From: Blasia pusilla
Taxonomy: Eukaryota
Assembly (NCBI GenBank): GCA_050084515.1
Contig: CM114271.1
Coordinates: forward strand, 32,550,001 to 32,614,000
DNA length: 64,000 nucleotides
Direction of reading: 5' to 3'
Of the stretch, positions 39,393 through 53,755 are shown one piece after another. The notes beneath the pieces are model-generated. The model did not search any database and was not told the origin of the DNA. It was given only the letters and a program-made list of their open reading frames with translations. Numbering within the stretch: the stretch's first letter is position 1; each line of letters opens with the position of its first letter. The translations under genes and the position numbers were made by a program.

Positions 39393-42300
39393 AGTGATAT
39401 GAGAAACCACAATCTTCCCAGTTACAGTAAGAGGTGTCGCCGAACATTCAATAGGCCCAGGGTTGAATCTGGTGCTTTGCTCGTGTTCGCAGTCAGGAGC
39501 AAGTATTGAGGATGAAAGGTTTTGCTTGTTCCCTCTACCTGAGAAATAACGATGGTGGGTGCAGATGTAAAACATTTTGATTGCGTAAACTCAAATTCTG
39601 AGTTGGAGAGTGGGAGGCGTTCTTTGGTAGTGGAGAGGATTCTGAAATAGGAGAACTAGCAAGCATGGCACAAGCAATCAGAAATTAGCAGGCCAGAATT
39701 TGGTTGATTCATTATGTATCAACTACAATGAGTGTAGCTGAGGAAGGATGGGCTCAGAGTGGTTTGAAATAAATGTCGCTGTTGGAGATGGGGATCAATC
39801 CATGGGTAGATCGTGGTGAGGTGCTAAAATGAGGTTCTGTGCCACGCATTGTGCCCTTCACTTTTTTCGATAAATGAAGCACTGCTCATAAACCTCAGAA
39901 GAAGTTACTAAAGGTCAGTAAACTATCAGCATAATCAGGGTCGTTGCAGCACATTGTCATCTTAAAATATTGAAAAAACAATTAGGTACTGAACAAAATG
40001 TCCCACAGAATGTTCACTTAGTGCAGGGAATGCTTGGAACATGCAAAACAAATACATTGGTGAGGACTACTGGCATACGGAATGGGTGGAATACACAACC
40101 AGAAGGGATGAGTCAGATAGTTACTATTATCATCTATCTGCCTAACCAAATGGCAGTTGCTGCAGTTATGGACATTGGCTATGAACTTGTCAATTGCCAC
40201 CAACTTATGCAGAAGAGAAAGTATCTTTTGCATGCAAGAAGCTGCAAAGAAACTGGCATAACTAAGGCTGTTACCTTTCATGAAAGAGGGGCAAGTGCAG
40301 GACATGAAAACCTCTTGCAATAAATTAGATTGCGTGAAAATATGTCTGGATCGACTCTTCGCAGGTATGAAGTCAGTGCCACTTTGCTGTGCCTGAGCCA
40401 GAGATGGGCAGAACTTTTGATTGAGCATGACGTTGCCCTGTCTGCAGGTGTGAAGTGGGTGGACTGCTGACTCTTCTCCCATCCATAGAATTCTGGTTTG
40501 AATGGAAAGAAGAGAGGAGAACCACTCCCCAAGTGGAAAACGTTGGAAGAGCCCTTCCTGGATCAAAAGGTTTCCAGTGTCTTGGAGATCTTCTGGTCCA
40601 TTTTACTTCACATTAATAGTACTAGTAAAAATGCCTAATGATGCATTGGTGAGAAATCATTCTATTTGAAGTTAATACAATAAATGGTTAATATCATGAA
40701 ACATCTTGTCATTACAAGTTTAGTATCCAATCCCACATGACTAGTTGTGGATACAAACTCAAATCTAGTCCTTGAAGTAGTCTCATGGTCCTAATGTAGA
40801 ATCTTGTTTTCCCCTTGCTTCCTCTTAAGCAAAAATAAATTAAATATTTTGGTTTACGTACGATATTCCTGCACCATTGGATTACAATATAGATCCATTC
40901 CATAGAGGATCGATGTGTATAGTTGTTCATCCATACGTGTGATACTAGGATCAACAAACTTATTATGTTGGATTAATTACTAGAATGGTGCCTCTAGCTT
41001 GAGTGTAAATGGCACTATGCACACATCACACTAGTAACATCAAGAAAGAGGAAAGAGAAATACTACCATATTCACTCCGAGGAGAGTATGATAGAACATG
41101 AAAAAAAAAAAAGAAGAATGCGATTATGGTCAAATGGGGTAGGAGAATTCGCCCAACACTAACTTAGTGGATTAAACGGAGTCAACGAAATCTAAGATTC
41201 ATTTCATGTCATGAAAGAAATGGATGAGAGATTCTTCATATGAGCTGATTTCGGGGAGAGCAAATGCAATGTCACTCAAGACAATCCACACAAATTCGCC
41301 AACAAGAATTGACAAAGAAATTTTAAAAAGTACTCGTTTCGAAAGTGATCGTGAGATGTATGGGTTCTATTTGCCATGTTCCATCCTAGAAAAACCAAGG
41401 TTTCAAGAGAGCGTCCCAATCAAGTTTTTTAGAAAGCTCATACTCAAAAGTTTCCCATTCGAAAAGAAGTATGCTATAAAATTATTTGTAACTTTGAGAA
41501 AACATTTATCAACCGTTCGGAATCTAGAAAATGAATAAGATGTCCTCTCTTAATAATAGAGCGAGTCACCTCCACAAGGCGCCCGGTTCCTCGTCTTGCA
41601 TGGGCAAAAGGTGACAGACCATCTTCCCAACTGGTGACCATTGGAGGTAAGGGACATATGAATGCATGGAGAAACAAGGCCTATCCATGTGCCATGTTTT
41701 TCTTCTATATTAGCAAACCTACAAACCTATAATAAAATATAGGCGTGCATGGTGACAAAGTAACATGCCCTACTCCCCAAAGTAACCTACTCTATTCCCT
41801 ATGTTTTCCATAAGCACATTTATTTAGTGATTGTTGTCACTCGGACGAAGGGAAGTGACAACCTAAGTGAGGGAGTGTGGATAGTGTATGTCATAATTTT
41901 CCACTTTATTATATAAAAAACCTCTTAAGAGGACAAGGAAGGCTGAAAGCTATCTAAGAGGGGAAGGAGGCAAGAAATGAATAAACGGAAAAAATGGCAG
42001 CAAACCAAATGAAACTAGGAAACTCAAAGAGGACCTTATTAATGGCACTAACAAATCTGACACAAGTACTAATGGTTGATCATAAGAAGGTGAGTGGTCA
42101 CCAACCACTTAGGCTCTACCTATCAATGTCAATGCTTGTGGACGTTGTAAGAATAGAAGTGAGCTTTTGATAATATTGAAGAATCCATGCTTAAACTCAA
42201 CAAAGAAGCCCTTAGAAACGGGACGGAAGACCTATATATGGACAAAAATCCGAAGGTGGAGATCATGGAGTAAATGCTCATATTTTCTCCACTTTCATAA

Positions 42301-45300
42301 TTTCAAGTATCTATGCAACTAGTTGGCCATGTGGTTAGAAAATCTACACAAGTCATTCCAACATTGATACATATGCATTTTCATTGGGATGCAATAGGGA
42401 AATTTTGGCACTTTTGGCAAAGCATGAAAGTTTTGCTTCTTCTTGCATAGATGGAGCACATTTTTAACACCCATAAACATGGATCCATTGAATTGATACC
42501 TTTCAAACTTGCACATGGCGCCACACTACAATCTCTAATGTGAGTGCCTCAACGATGTGGATAATTTGGGACCATACCCCTTTAGGAACCCCCACAACTC
42601 ACTACAAATTTTTCACATGCTATGGGCAGCAAGAAAAAATTCAAATTTATGTGTGGCATCATTAATTTGTTCTATTTAGGGCCTATGCACTAGCTCTTCA
42701 AACATTTTTTTATTTCGCGGGCATCGCACGGGCACATTATCTATAGTATATTGGGAGAGTGTCTTCTTGATTTGCAAATACTTCTATGCTTGGCACGTGA
42801 CAATTGGACAGCAAAAACAATTTCACCTGTTACAAAAAATAAGAAAAAAATTTGAATTTGTATACTATGCACTAATTCCTCAAACACTTTTTTTATTTTT
42901 ACCGCTCCTATAGATATATGTATAGCGGGTTTCATTACATTTCTTTCAAAAATACTTTTGATCCGGTTGTGGGGGTCGTACAAAGAGATTGGCGGGGATA
43001 ATGACATCGACTCAAGAATAAGTTAATATTAAATTAAGGATCCGTCCATTTCACGGGTCCTTACTAGTTAAGAAGAAATAAAAGTAGACTTTTTTCTTTT
43101 CAAATGCCACTAAAACAAGCTGCCAAAACTCGATACCAAAACTGCCACACACGTATGAGCGTGTGTATGCAAATGAGGAGTCCTACTCCGTTCGCCTCAA
43201 CTCGATTGCATCCATGGCCGTGCGCATGGATTGAGGTCGGAATTCCAGGGCCGCCCGGATCCGCACGTTCCTACAATCTGCGCGTGCAATTCGGAGCCGC
43301 CATGGCGATCGGAGGGCTTTTCAGCGCGATCGGCCGGGATTCGTAGACGAGTATGTATTCGCGAGAAGCGGAAACGCTTCCATGGATTAGGGAGTGGAAG
43401 AATTAGAGAGGCTGTGCGCTCACTGCGCTGGACTCCCGAAATAGCGGACAGGTTCGCATCGCACGCGCGCAGATGTGGCTCGCGCGAATGAGGGAACCGC
43501 CGTGTTCTTCCCGAGCCCAATCTTTGTTGCGTTGCCACGAAAGCTGAGCTCTAGCGTCGCCTCCGATGCGGTAGAATGAATGGAGCTCGACTTCTGTCAG
43601 GAAAGCATTTCTCTGTTGTCGGTACCGCGCGTGCCGAATCGCCGCAGTAGAGCCGTGCTCGAACCGCCCCCGCCCGCGTCTACTGCTGTGAAATGCCGGC
43701 GCGGGGGCTCGTAGGCTGGGTGCAGATTCATCCAGTGCTCCGAAGAGGAGATGTGTTTTCCGCGTCAAAATCCTCGGGTTTGGATCTGTTAATGCCGCCT
43801 GCAACTGTTGCTGCTGCCGCTGCTGCTTCGTCGCTGTTGTTTACCACTGCCACCACATGCACCGATGCAGAGCTGTAGACTCTATATGCTTCCTTGGGAC
43901 TCATGGGAAGTGTTCGGAGAGCCCTGATTCATACACGAAGCATGCCTGCCTTTCTGCCTGCCTGACTGGCTGGATAGCCTGGCTGGCGGACGGACCGTCC
44001 GACCGACTGATCGACTGCCTTACTGATTGCCTGACTGATGCTAGGAGTGGAGAGCCAAACTCGAGATTCATGTCATACGTTTCTTGATGGAATATCCTTT
44101 CCATGTGTGCAAATCTGTTTGAGGTTGCCGGTTGTGATGATCACCACGAGCGAATGCGAGCGGCGGAGAACAGCGTAGTTCCTGCAGTAGGCTGATCTTG
44201 TATGTGCTTCGCGTGAATGCGAGTGACCGAGTAGTATGGTGACAATATTTATACCACCGACGTCTGAAGATTAAGGTGACCAGATTAATAGTACCGACCG
44301 TCTGAAAACCGATTCCGGAGCTTGAGACGGTTTGTGCGATCATCGATCTTGAGAAGGACGACCAGATTTGGACATGGCTCCTCACAATCCGTATGATGGC
44401 GTGGGGTTGTAGGCGACGTATCTCTCCCTCTGCGCCTCCATTTTCGATCGCTTCTGAGATCCAAAAGCGCACGACATGGATGTCGGAGTCCGAGAAGGAT
44501 GGGGAGATTCTCTCAACTAACGTACGAGCTGATCGATACCTGAAAAGAGCTGATAGAATACGCAATGTTTTCAAAAGCGACTCTGATTCTAACGGTTTGT
44601 CTCACCGCTGCGCACGATGTCGAGCACTTCCGTCCGCCGAACTGCATGCACAGGTGACAGGTTCACCTGTGCAGGCCGCCTAGAGCCATCCTGGAATGTA
44701 GATCATCAGCTTCCAAATTCGCGGGGCTCCGGGAAATCTGCAAGATACGAAGCCAAGGCCTTCAGGTTCAGGGCCGTCACTTTTACGGAACAGGCCACCT
44801 GCCCAACCGACGCACCGACCGAACCGTGCCATTTCGAATGAAGAGAACTTTTGTGAGACTGTTGGGGGGTTTAGGCAAAACCAACCCGCCTCGCGTTCCA
44901 GGTTCACAGTCTCTCCGATTTGTGTATAGGTCCATGGGAGCCTTATACAAGTGAACTACCACACGTGTACTCTGCGACCAACAAACAAAGACTCCGCCTG
45001 CCGTCGCAGCCGCTTGCAGTAGTGCTTTTTGTTGACTTTTGCAATGGCCGTACATGGCAGGTGAGCTGGGTTGCATCAGAGATCGCTCGCTCGCTCCCTC
45101 CGCTGCGTCGACCTCAAGCTTGCCATGCATCTTTTCTCTTTTTTCTTTATTTGTGCTCTCCTCGTGTGGCCCTTCATTCTGGATTCCGTGTCACGACTCC
45201 AACGGTGGAGCGGAGAGAGTTTTTAGTTTCTTCCGAGACCACGGATAGATTCTTTCGCGAGCGAACGAAGGGTTCTAACCTAGTAGTGCAGTAGATACTC

Positions 45301-45519
45301 TCGATCGAATAGCTACTATATGTCCCACTACGATGTACAGTACAACAATCATCGACTTTTGTTGTTACTGTTCGCGCGATGGTTTTGGACATTGCGAGCC
45401 TGCTGTGACGAAAGCGGCTGCTTCTAAGCTCATAACTTCTCTCGGCAGGACCTGGACTCCGAACCTTAACATAACATAGGGGCACTTGACCCTCCCATTC
45501 GAGCCTCTTGCAATCCATT

Positions 45520-46663
45520 TTTAACTAGGAAAGATAACAATGAACTTCGATACAAACGTTTGATGGAAAACCAATTAGAGATACACAAAAGGGGGGCATA
45601 GAGAGCCAAAAACCCACATGCCATAATCGGCCCCGAAAAGAAAGAAGGGGGCCTTCCCCTCCTATCGACCAAACTCACCAACAGCTGAGACAATGTCGGC
45701 GACATTTAGAAAACTATGACTACTATTAATTGGGCCTCTAGCATTGGCGTCTCCGATTGTCTGAGCTCGTCGAAAAAGCCCATTTGCTTCGGCACGCTGC
45801 AAGGCTATGGAGACCCGTTGCATATAATAAAAAATCACAGTAGTTAAGGAAAACCCATTTCTCGATTGGAGATGATGGGCGCAATCCGTAAGGAACGAGT
45901 CAAACCTCTCCCCCATAACCTCGTACATCTCAATGGCTAGGAGAACAAATCGATGTCTATCATAAAGTCGATTATAAATATGGGTCTTCATTACCGCCAC
46001 CGACACTCCTTGTAGCAATCTCCCTTGCCACCGCTTGGGCTCGCACCGCCTCTCGTGTAGCATCTATCACTACAACATCCGTCACTACCACCTCAGACTC
46101 CCGCGTCATGTAAAGATTTGCACGATAAGGGAATCCCACATGAAGTAGTGCCTCTCTCTCTCTTCACATGGAAGCCACTCTCATGAGCAATACAACACAT
46201 GATATCCCGCACGGCATTATGAGTGGCTATCTTCTCATCCCCAATGGATGGACAGTGCCAAATGCACACCAAGTGGATCCAAACTTTAGCAACACTCGCA
46301 ATGTGTCAAACCAACCACAGATGGTTGGGAAGGCCCGATCGGAACCGCATCGCTGTAGTGTAGGTAAGTGATGCGATACGGAAATCCGGGATGAGAGGGC
46401 GACCCCCACCCATAAGCATGCTTCTTCCCGGAACAAGAGCGAATACGGGCCCCAACCTCCATGGGATATTCCCATCCAATATATTGGCTCTGAAAACGGC
46501 CTCAAATGAAAATTGCCTCAAAGTAAATTTCCATCAAAGAAAATTGGAACCGAGACCGCCCGAATGTAACTAAGGAGGAGAAAGGAGAAGAACAGTTCTA
46601 ACCTCGAGTAGAAGGGAGTCTCCCAAGTGGAAAAAGGCCATCTTCAACCTCGAAGATGCCAAC
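45520..46663 (-). mobile_element. 5'-truncated non-LTR retrotransposon with restriction-like endonuclease (CRE-like), decayed
   Basis: Minus strand reads AMRFRSGLP..CEC..DPLGVHL..C..IATHNAVRD..SGFHVKRE (CCHC plus RHD-like motif), then FVLLAIEMY..RVSIALQRAEA; short A-tail; candidate TSD TCCATT (45514-45519, 46664-46669). Confidence 0.72.
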
Positions 46664-49600
46664 TCCATTAGAAGCCCGAGGGTGCCACTAACTCAGATAA
46701 GATGCGTACAATGTCGTGCGTGCGGAGCAAAGAGTAAGGGCTTCTTTCTCTCGTCAGGGCTGGGAAAGATCGGGTACAGTGACTGTTTACACTGAACCTA
46801 ACCGTTGGCTTCTCTGGTTGGAGTGAGATCGCACACATTCTAGCTGAGACAGCTATGGCAGGATGAACTGATGTGTTTCGGAACCGAGTATGGGCGAACG
46901 ACATTGTGTTCAAGAACACAATTCGGGTTTGGTTTTCGAATCCGATCAAAATCCAAAAGAGTTTTCCTATCCTAACAAAGAACGTGGTGATGTTCGCGAC
47001 CGAGTTTTCGCTAAATCCAACTAAACGCTCCGCTGTGGAGTTCATAATTGGAACGCCCTAACGTAAGCTTGAGTAGTTGGCAAACTTGCACATGAAGCGC
47101 CTTCTGATTTTTATTTTTGTATCATGGTGCTGCTGCATCGTTTAGTTGCTTCGTTCACACTCCCAGTAGTAGTGTACTGCTCAAAGAGATACGTACAGTC
47201 AGACAGTCTTATCTGCCAAGCCCTAATGCCGAGGACGACGCCAAAATCCGTTCTATCTACGCGAGACTTGAAGGAAATGCGGAGGTTTAGTGCAAAAACG
47301 ATTATTGTAGGCAGCGTTTTCCGCGTTTTCTCTTGCTTTGTGTAGCCATTTCCAGTACTTTCTTCGATGTTTCTTATCGGTGGACATCATCGCGTACTCC
47401 CAGTCGATGAACCATGAGCTTCGACGTGCGAATCGCACATATTGATGATTCTAATCAGGTGACACTTGGATCTTTGAGTTCGATGCCCTGACACTAAAGG
47501 GAATCGGAGAACTGACAGCGCCAGGAATGTCCAGTGGAAATGAAGTTCGTGATCGGTTGGATCAACTCCGTGGAAATGTTCAATCGTACGTGACCTGCCT
47601 GCGATTGCGGGTGATGCATCAACATCGTCATTCGTTTCCAAAAATCGAGACTACAGTGCCGAGTTTGCTGAAACCGCCAATGAAATGCATATGCAGATTG
47701 CATCGTAGACCAAGAAAGCCCGCACAGGGATCCGAACTCCCGCAGGAATCGGAAAATCATCAGGTGAGAGGAAATCAAAGAAGGCTTGGATGGATAGCTC
47801 CATGCCAAGAAAGCCGAATTGTTACCAACTTCGCAATTGAAAAGAAGGAGCTTTTCGGAGAAGCGGTTGTCCCAACATTCCTAGATTCACTCACAGTTGT
47901 GCGGGAGAAACTTGGAGAATTAAGAAAACGTATAGATGAGACCACAAAGTCGATGGTAGTCCACTGACATCAAGCGCTCACACTAGGTTCATCAACCCTA
48001 AACTCCTCGTCCTTTTCTTTGGTGATTTATGCTTTTCCTGTTGGGACTGAAGCTCTTCGCGCACCGTACATTCATACATTCAAGCCATCATTTTAACGAG
48101 GACCTGATGTGCTACCTCGTCATGGAATGGATGGTCGTACCTTCGTCCAGTAGAGTAGAGTGGGATACCCAACTGTCTCTCCTGAATTTCGATCGTTCCG
48201 GAGTCATCTACGACCGTTCTGTTCATCGCGCTTTTCGCGTCCTGTGATTTTTTATTAGTGCCATCGTGCAACGAATAGCGCTCCATCGTCCCAACCATCT
48301 TAAGCTTGTAGCGGATGGAATCCACCGACGAATCCAACAGTTTTCATCATCGCTAAATTCAGTGCGAAGGATTTGAGTGACATAATGGACGTTTGAGGCG
48401 GACAGTGGATAAGATATGGAATCTCTACTCCGCGGGCCTTTAGGTGCATGTCAATCATCTTCATAAAATTTCCTGATTGGACCGTTAACCCTTGTAGTCC
48501 GGACCTAATCGATGATCTCAATATCCCAACGAGATTCGGTCAAATGCGTTTGAATTTGAATGAGGGCGGGTGGAGTATCGGTGGGCGACACGAGGGAGTC
48601 TTGTCTTCGGGACGAGATGTCGATTCGGTGCATTCTTTCACAGGTTTTATATTAGAGCGTCAGAACGAAGCGAAGCAGGTGCGCGGATCTATCTTTCCTG
48701 CGAGTGTTGTGAGCATATGTCGAGCCTCTTGTTTTTGGCGTTCGTCTATCCGGTTGAATTTCCAGCCCTTCGCAATGATTAGATCCTTCATTGTTACCGG
48801 GCAATCACCCGGCTGCTCGATTTTCACAAGTACGTTCACGAAGGGGAAGGAGTGGTGCGGTAAAGAAAAGGGAGGAGGAAAAGGTCGTCCGGTTCTCGTC
48901 GTCGTAGTTAATGTTTCCAGTTGTCGGCGACGATGAAGCTGTCTGACAACACAGCCATCGGTAGCAAACCGCATCTCGGTTGGTGTGGTCTTATTTCGAC
49001 AGTTCCTCCCGACTTCTCCTGGCAGTCAGCATGTCGTTCATCGGAGTACAGAATTCGTCCGCCGAGTTCAAAAAGAGAAAGTCAATGCGTTTTCGGACGG
49101 GCTTCACGAACAGGCAGATAGGGCTATGTCGACTGCGATAAGAGCCGAAATAGGAAACTGTTGGACTGTGTATCGCTCTTTTTCTCAGAGAAAAAAAAGT
49201 AGCGCGATGAATCCGTCAAACATCGGATCGAGTTAAGATCAAGGCAATGGTGAGTGGGGTTGGTGGATTAGGTAGGGATGGACATCGATTCTCCCGCATC
49301 GCACTCAACCCTGGATCTGTGGGAATCGACATTTGATGACACTGGAGCGCGTCTAAGTACATTCTGAAATCTTGAATCGACTGTTAACTGGAGAGGTCGA
49401 GTGTATGACGTTAGGTTCCCGTTAGAGCGTTCGCGCCCTGGAAGTGATAGGGTTGCGGATACCGGGCTCCAGAGATCCGTGAAGTTGGTCGTCCATGGGA
49501 AGAGTGATCCACATGCACTTGGGAACTCGCGCCAACAAAGCGAGCAAAAGACGACCATTCATGTGGGAAGATCTATCGATGTAATCCATCCACGTGATCT

Positions 49601-51276
49601 CCGAAAGCCCACGCCGCTCGGAAATCTTTATCATCCATGCGGAAAGACACCTATCGAAATCGAAAGTAACCCCTTCACATGCACATGGGATATCGGGCTC
49701 CTTGATATTCGGGCTCGTGTTCGGCTTTTCCGGTCAAAAGTGGCAGCCCACATCAAACGCACTGCTGTCGGAAATTCGGCAATCTTCTGGAAGGTACACG
49801 CAGGACTCTTGTCCAAAGACTGTCTGCCACTCCTCCGCTGCAGCACTTCAATGCCGATCGCGAGACAATCGAGTAAATGACGCTTGCGCTCCAGACGGGG
49901 GAGGACCGTGCTGACAATCTGGGAGAGGAAGGAGCATCGCGGTCAAGTTTCGTGGAGCTGCACGGGGCGTGGGACGACTGCCTCAGTAAATTACCGTTGA
50001 CTTGCGCTCCTCACGTCAGCTACCGCGGCTTTTCCTCCCTTCCTCGCCAGTCGCCACCGTCGGGGCGACGCTTTCTAGGAGCGGACCCCCACGCGTCCAG
50101 CGGATCTCAGGGGCACTCCGGTGACCTCGTTCCACATGTGCACAAGGGGCAGGAAGAGTGTGTGAGGTCACACATCGAGGCGTGCTGCGCACTGTTCGGA
50201 GTGGCTGGACCCGGGACGCGTGTCGGTGCCAGGGCTTCGGGTTCTGGCGCTTGCAACTCCACCTGCCGCGGCGGGATAAGAGAAACACCAGAGTGGGGCC
50301 AGCGAGAGTGAGAAAGACGGAACAGAGCCGATTCTGGGAGGTCAGTGAGATGGACCAGACGCATCAAAATCAGCCTGCCACAACTCACACCTCTCTCGGC
50401 CTGCTCTCTAGTGGTAATGATTTAGCGCGCGTCATAGGACTAGAGTAGTGGGACCTCCTCTTGCTACTGTCACGTCATTGCGTTTAGTCCAACCGCCCAG
50501 GGCAGCTCATTGGTTTTGAACTGCATTCCCTCTTTGGTTGCGAGCACCTCTGAGGCAGAAGGCGCAGAACCCAAGATAGACATGGAGACTTGACAATCCT
50601 AAGAGAGACCACAACTCGTATCAGTGCTTGGCCGATAGACTTCTAGTTTCTTCCAGTCAACTTACCCTCACCAGTCGTGTCGACTTCCGCGGCCTGGCGA
50701 CCACTACGGATGATCAGGTCACAATTGAGCTTCACCATTTGATGTCCGATGAAACTTCTCACTATGGGAAAGTAATTAGGTAGACACGAGGCAATATAAT
50801 CACATGGAAAAACACTTTTGGACAGAACTTCCGGTCATAAAGACTTCCCCCTTCGAGGAGAGTACTCTTTAACGGTTGCTGCTTGAAGCTAGCAGTAAGA
50901 AAACGTCTGCCTACTAACAATCGGCCTCATGGGTCACTTTCAAAAAATTCAACTTCAAGGTGGAAATGCTACCTACGAAGAAAATTTCTCCCCTGTGGGA
51001 AGTGAGATTTAATAACTACGACCCTAAACCATTTGAGAGATGAAGCTAAATTTCAGATAGGTTCTTTTTACGGCCTTCCCACGCATGCCTGGACATGAAT
51101 TTCCACAAAACTCAGACTCGTGGAAACACTGTCCCAGCAAAACCACAGCTGAAGACCACAACCCAAATTGACTTTTTCTTGGCATTTTTTAGAATAACTC
51201 ATAATACAAATGTGTAGAATCAATCTTGCTGACCGTTGCCACTATGCAGTGAGATGAAGTCACAAAATCACCAACC

Positions 51277-53755
51277 TCACTTCCGGGCATCCGCTTTCTT
51301 TGCCTCCTTAGCTGTAACAGTACATCACAACCAACCAAATCACATCACATCATGTTAGAGGAAGCACAAACACTTACAAACTGGTACCAAATCACATCGT
51401 GTAAGGCTCCAATGCACAGCCAACTCGAGATAGTCAACTACCACACGTATACAACAACCAAACCCATGCACCTAGGTGATGAACTGGCAGTTGTCAGGCC
51501 TGTACATAACTGACCTTGTTTCTCTTCTTCGCGTTTTTTAGCAGCCTCCAACCGTTGTTGTCTTATGAGAGCTAAGCGTTCTGTACAACCAGAGTTCATA
51601 GTTACAATAGATCTATGGACATTATTGAAGAGTTACACAATACACGAGAATAAATTTAAAAATCCAATCCCATGAGTGCAATGCAAAAAAACAACCTACA
51701 GTAACACATACTGACCGTGTATGAAAAGCATCCTATGGGCAACTGATCAGAGCCACTTGTCATAGGTGACCTGACCTGTTACAACTCCAGGAAACCCAAT
51801 CCCTAACACATTGCCACTCCATGGACCTTTCACCAACTCAAACAACCCAATGATAGAATGGAAGAACCCCTGCAAAACTCACCTAGATCTTTCTTTGATT
51901 GCTCTGTCTTGCCCTGCTCCTGCAACTTCAGGTATCGCTCGTGTGCCCTTTGTTTTTCAAGCTCTTCTCTGTACCACAAACCAAGCAAACAGAACAGTCA
52001 TTCTCTCCCTGAACTGTTGAGGAGATATGCAACTCAGGGCTCCTATGTACACCACAAAGACCAATTACGCATTCCACCAAATCACAAAAGCCAAAACCAA
52101 TTCCCCCACTACATTACCACAATCAGCACATCTGCCATGCAATTGTCAAGATTGTCCACCAAAACTAGAGAAGTTTCAGTTCAAGTTACCTTTCCCTTCT
52201 TGAGAGCTCTGCTGGTCTGTCCATCTGCCCCAGTGAAAAACCAGTAATATAGTTGTTTTAAAGCTCATTAGTAATATCAAAGATGCTCATCTACTTGAAC
52301 AAAGGATTACATGAATCGCAACAGAGTTAAAGATTGAGAAACCTCTGCCATAGGATTTGAACTGTAAAGGGAAATCCTCTGAAATGACCTTGGATTGAAT
52401 GGGTTACAACCCTTTCCGTGCCACACACAATCGAGGGAGAGATGTAAACAACTTTTCAAGCACTTTCACACTCAAGCTAGACTTTAGTTGCTTCAAAAGA
52501 TGGAGCCTCTTTGACAACTTGCATAATAGAAATAGTCCTTGAACTCACATCCACATCTTTGGCCTTGATGTTCTTAGCTTTCACTAGATTTGGGTTATCG
52601 ACTTCAATTACTCCTTGGGTACCTTTCTTCTTCTGCAAAGAGGTACAGAACAGCACAATGTGAGAAGAGTTGCAGGGTATCACCTCTTGGTCTCACATCA
52701 CAAGCCCAAGGCTGGACAAATACAATCAATCCAGGTACAGAAATCTGGTAAAATTCAAGTCTCGGCAATCTGCAGATCACATAATCTTACCGCATTTTCG
52801 TCCTCCTCCTCCTCCTCTTCAGACTCCTCCTCTGATTCCTCCTCTTCTTCTTTTGCATCCTGAATGGCTCACAACACACAAGGACTGCATTCCTCAGACA
52901 TAGGTTGGGTGACGACCTGCCTACTCTCATAGATCTATGCTGAAGTAGCACGTGTTCAGGAGAAGTACCTAAGAATCAAACTTCAGCCCTACGTCCTGAT
53001 GTCACACTTTTTGACGAATTAATTCAAAAGAATGTGGGGACAAAAAGATCACTTTCTGCGAGAACAACAGACTTGAATTGCGAACTACACTCTACACACT
53101 TACCCTCTTGAAGCTACGGGGCTTTCCTGATGTCCCAGCAGCTGCAGCAAACGAGGAGTACTGCATCAGAAACTAATCACAAACTCTTGGGGTTCATCAG
53201 CAACTTTTGTGTGCATTTGGAAAGACGCTTAATTGAACAAAGCAGACTTCTGGGACATACGCAAGCTGGCCTCCAGGTGGCCGATGGAATGAAGTGCGAG
53301 ATTTCATTGAAAAGAGGATCAGCAACAATTAGCAGAAGGACATAACTCAACACACCTCCTAAGCTGCAAACGCTTCAGCCAATGGATTCTCGTTTACTGG
53401 CAGTAACCCTAACTAGCAGCTTGAATAATATACGACAATTCAAAAATGCCATTCCATCAAAATGTTGGCCAGCACAGGGTTCCCAGGAACGGGAGAAACG
53501 ATTACCAAAACGTGTAAGTACGTACATACCTTAAACTCTCATGGTTGTGACATACCGCCTGGGAAGAGAAAAGACTTGGAATTGCAGGAAGGAGCTCGTG
53601 AAAGGAATGGACGTGTGTAGAGTTCGTTCGTTCGTTCATTCAATCTTTACGGTCCATTAGGGTAAGAATCCCCTACCCATTTCTTCAGGAGTCGAGAAGT
53701 GGCGCCGCCCAGTCGGCTTGCCCTTGAACTTCCCTCTGCCCGCTCCCGAACCCAT
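51277..53755 (-). CDS. PDAP1: 28 kDa heat- and acid-stable phosphoprotein (PDGFA-associated protein 1/PP28)-like, 163 aa; exons 53755-53677, 53141-53104, 52859-52791, 52632-52549, 52224-52190, 51968-51883, 51580-51515, 51311-51277
   Basis: GT-AG splicing gives [96 protein letters not shown]..ARK*. Confidence 0.93.

Noticed and set aside
39970-40566. ORFs of 117 aa (+) and 182 aa (-) downstream of TAF13
   Set aside because: No recognisable domain or convincing exon structure.
43104-44683. Overlapping GC-rich ORFs on both strands
   Set aside because: Looks promoter- or UTR-like; no supported gene model or product.
49877-50448. GC-rich ORFs of 90-144 aa
   Set aside because: No motif recognised; expected by chance in GC-rich sequence.
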